A stretch of 64,000 bases of DNA from Setoptus koraiensis. Taxonomy: Eukaryota > Animalia > Arthropoda. A model generated the notes under the pieces. It was not told the origin of the DNA and did no database searches. It saw only the letters and a program-made list of their open reading frames with translations. Positions within the stretch are counted from its first letter, which is position 1, and each line of letters begins with the position of its first letter. The position numbers were made by a program, and so were the translations under genes. The stretch covers positions 21,700,001-21,764,000 of the forward strand of contig CM106586.1 of assembly GCA_048013815.1 (NCBI GenBank). The letters run 5' to 3'. Positions 62,526 to 64,000 of the stretch are shown one piece after another.

Positions 62526-63806
62526 CGGCGAGCCTCGGGCTCACTCATTGGCGCTGCACGACTTATCGCCCACCAATAGGCGCCGAAGCCGGCCGAAAGC
62601 ACAAATATCGAAGCGTAGCCAATGTCTTATATTGTATTAATGTTATATCGTGGCGCGTAACATTGTAGCTGGCGCATTGTTGGTAGCTAATAGCTGGCAA
62701 TTATTAGATTTGTCCAACTAGAACTAATGAGACGTCATGATCTCGGCCCACAATGGCCGCTGATGACGCTCTTCACCTTGCCAAACTGTCTGCTCTCTTG
62801 TATTTTTTTATTTTTGTTGTTTGTAGCGCTTATGGGCGCTCAAAATTAATTAGTCCAATCAAGTTAGATAAGCTGCGAGTCGCAATTTATCGCTCGTGCG
62901 CCATTCTTCATCGACGTGCTCGTCGCCGTCGCCGTCGTCCATCCAACTGTAACGTGTTTTCGGCCATTCAACTGGCCAGTTTAATCCGAAGCCGAAAACA
63001 ACAACGCCAACATCAGTAGCAAAATGGTAGCAATCTGAGAAAAAGAAACGAAAGCAACGCCGCCCTTGAGACAGACGCCGCATCAACCAGCCACCCACTG
63101 CCCGCTGCGTCACATTGTCCGGCATTGTTTTGAGGCACTGGCGCCATCCTCTATACATCCGTTACATCATGTTATATAACATCATCATATAATATCATCA
63201 TCAGCATATAATATCGTCATCATACAATATTGTCGGCGTCAATGTAGCGCTTGTTCCATTCATTGTTTGATTATTGTTGTTTCATGCCGTTATTATGCAA
63301 CGTTATTATCAGCGGCCCTAATGAAGCCTCGACAGCCTCTGATGGCTCTAGTTGGCAGAGACTTTGCATGGCAGCAACTGGATTCGCTCGGGGTGTAAAT
63401 TTTTCATGAATGAATGTGCGTCTTCGATTGAGTTTGCGTCGGCCAATCTCTAAACAATTTGACCATGTTCGGACCGTTGCACTCCGTATTTCGGCGCACT
63501 CTGTCGTTGTGAAACTCTCTAAATATCGCAATAATAATTGGAAACTTGGAAAAATAATAAAAGATTTTCTCGATCGGTTTGAAAAAGCGCGAGTTGCTTG
63601 CGAAAACTTGAGTCAGCAATCTTAATTGCCATGCTCGAGCATGTCTCACTTAGGCTACTGATCTCAGCTAACTGAAAAGCAACCAACGTCTTTGTTCTCG
63701 AGCAGTTACAAGCTTCTAAACTTGAAAACAATTTTTAATTCTGAACAAATACTGGCATTTACGATCGATGTAAATTCACCACTGACCATCTATTGTTTGT
63801 GACCAG

Positions 63807-63979
63807 TGACGCCACCTAGAGTTGAAATTTTCATTCACGGCATGAAAGGCAAACAAAAAGATTTGTTGCCAGCGAAGCCTCAATTTTGTTTCGCTCTCAA
63901 GGCTTATTATCATGGCAAATGTCTCAATTTACGAGCCACGGTGCTGTCAGTGTGGCAGGCTAACGGGTCCGATTTGGTA
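63807..63979 (+). CDS. Candidate internal exon of an unidentified gene running off the window end
   Basis: Open frame TPPRVEIFIHGMKGKQKDLLPAKPQFCFALKAYYHGKCLNLRATVLSVWQANGSDLV, bounded by CTGAC...TTGTTTGTGACCAG (acceptor 63806) and GTGAGT (donor 63980). No family recognised. Confidence 0.35.
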
Positions 63980-64000
63980 GTGAGTTGATACTACCGAAAC

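Noticed and set aside
1-64000. CRISPR arrays, tRNA genes, snRNAs and transposase/RT/integrase ORFs
   Set aside because: Repeats are head-to-tail without unique spacers; GTTCGA hits lack a tRNA cloverleaf; no mobile-element protein motifs in the ORF track.

Overview
Eukaryotic (animal) genomic DNA, not prokaryotic: spliceosomal GT-AG introns, AATAAA signals, abundant CAA/AAC microsatellites and plentiful CpG. Composition suggests a compact invertebrate genome, possibly an acariform mite (inference only). The window is gene-sparse and dominated by an achaete-scute-like complex on the + strand. It has an intronless ASCa-type bHLH gene (22069-23229) and, 28.6 kb downstream, a divergent spliced ASC-family bHLH gene (51877-54633, intron 51984-52151). 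A decayed tandem duplicate of the second gene follows it directly (~55210-56125). Between the two intact genes lie a divergent fragment of the 18S rRNA 5' end (26005-26186) and an orphan gene for a small secreted Arg/Asn-rich protein (41785-42219). The rest looks like regulatory intergenic DNA with many short tandem and inverted repeats, CTCF-like, E-box, N-box and Su(H)-like motifs, and a few unidentifiable candidate exons. I saw no tRNA, CRISPR array or transposase/RT ORF. Most ORFs in the supplied track look like by-products of low-complexity repeats.
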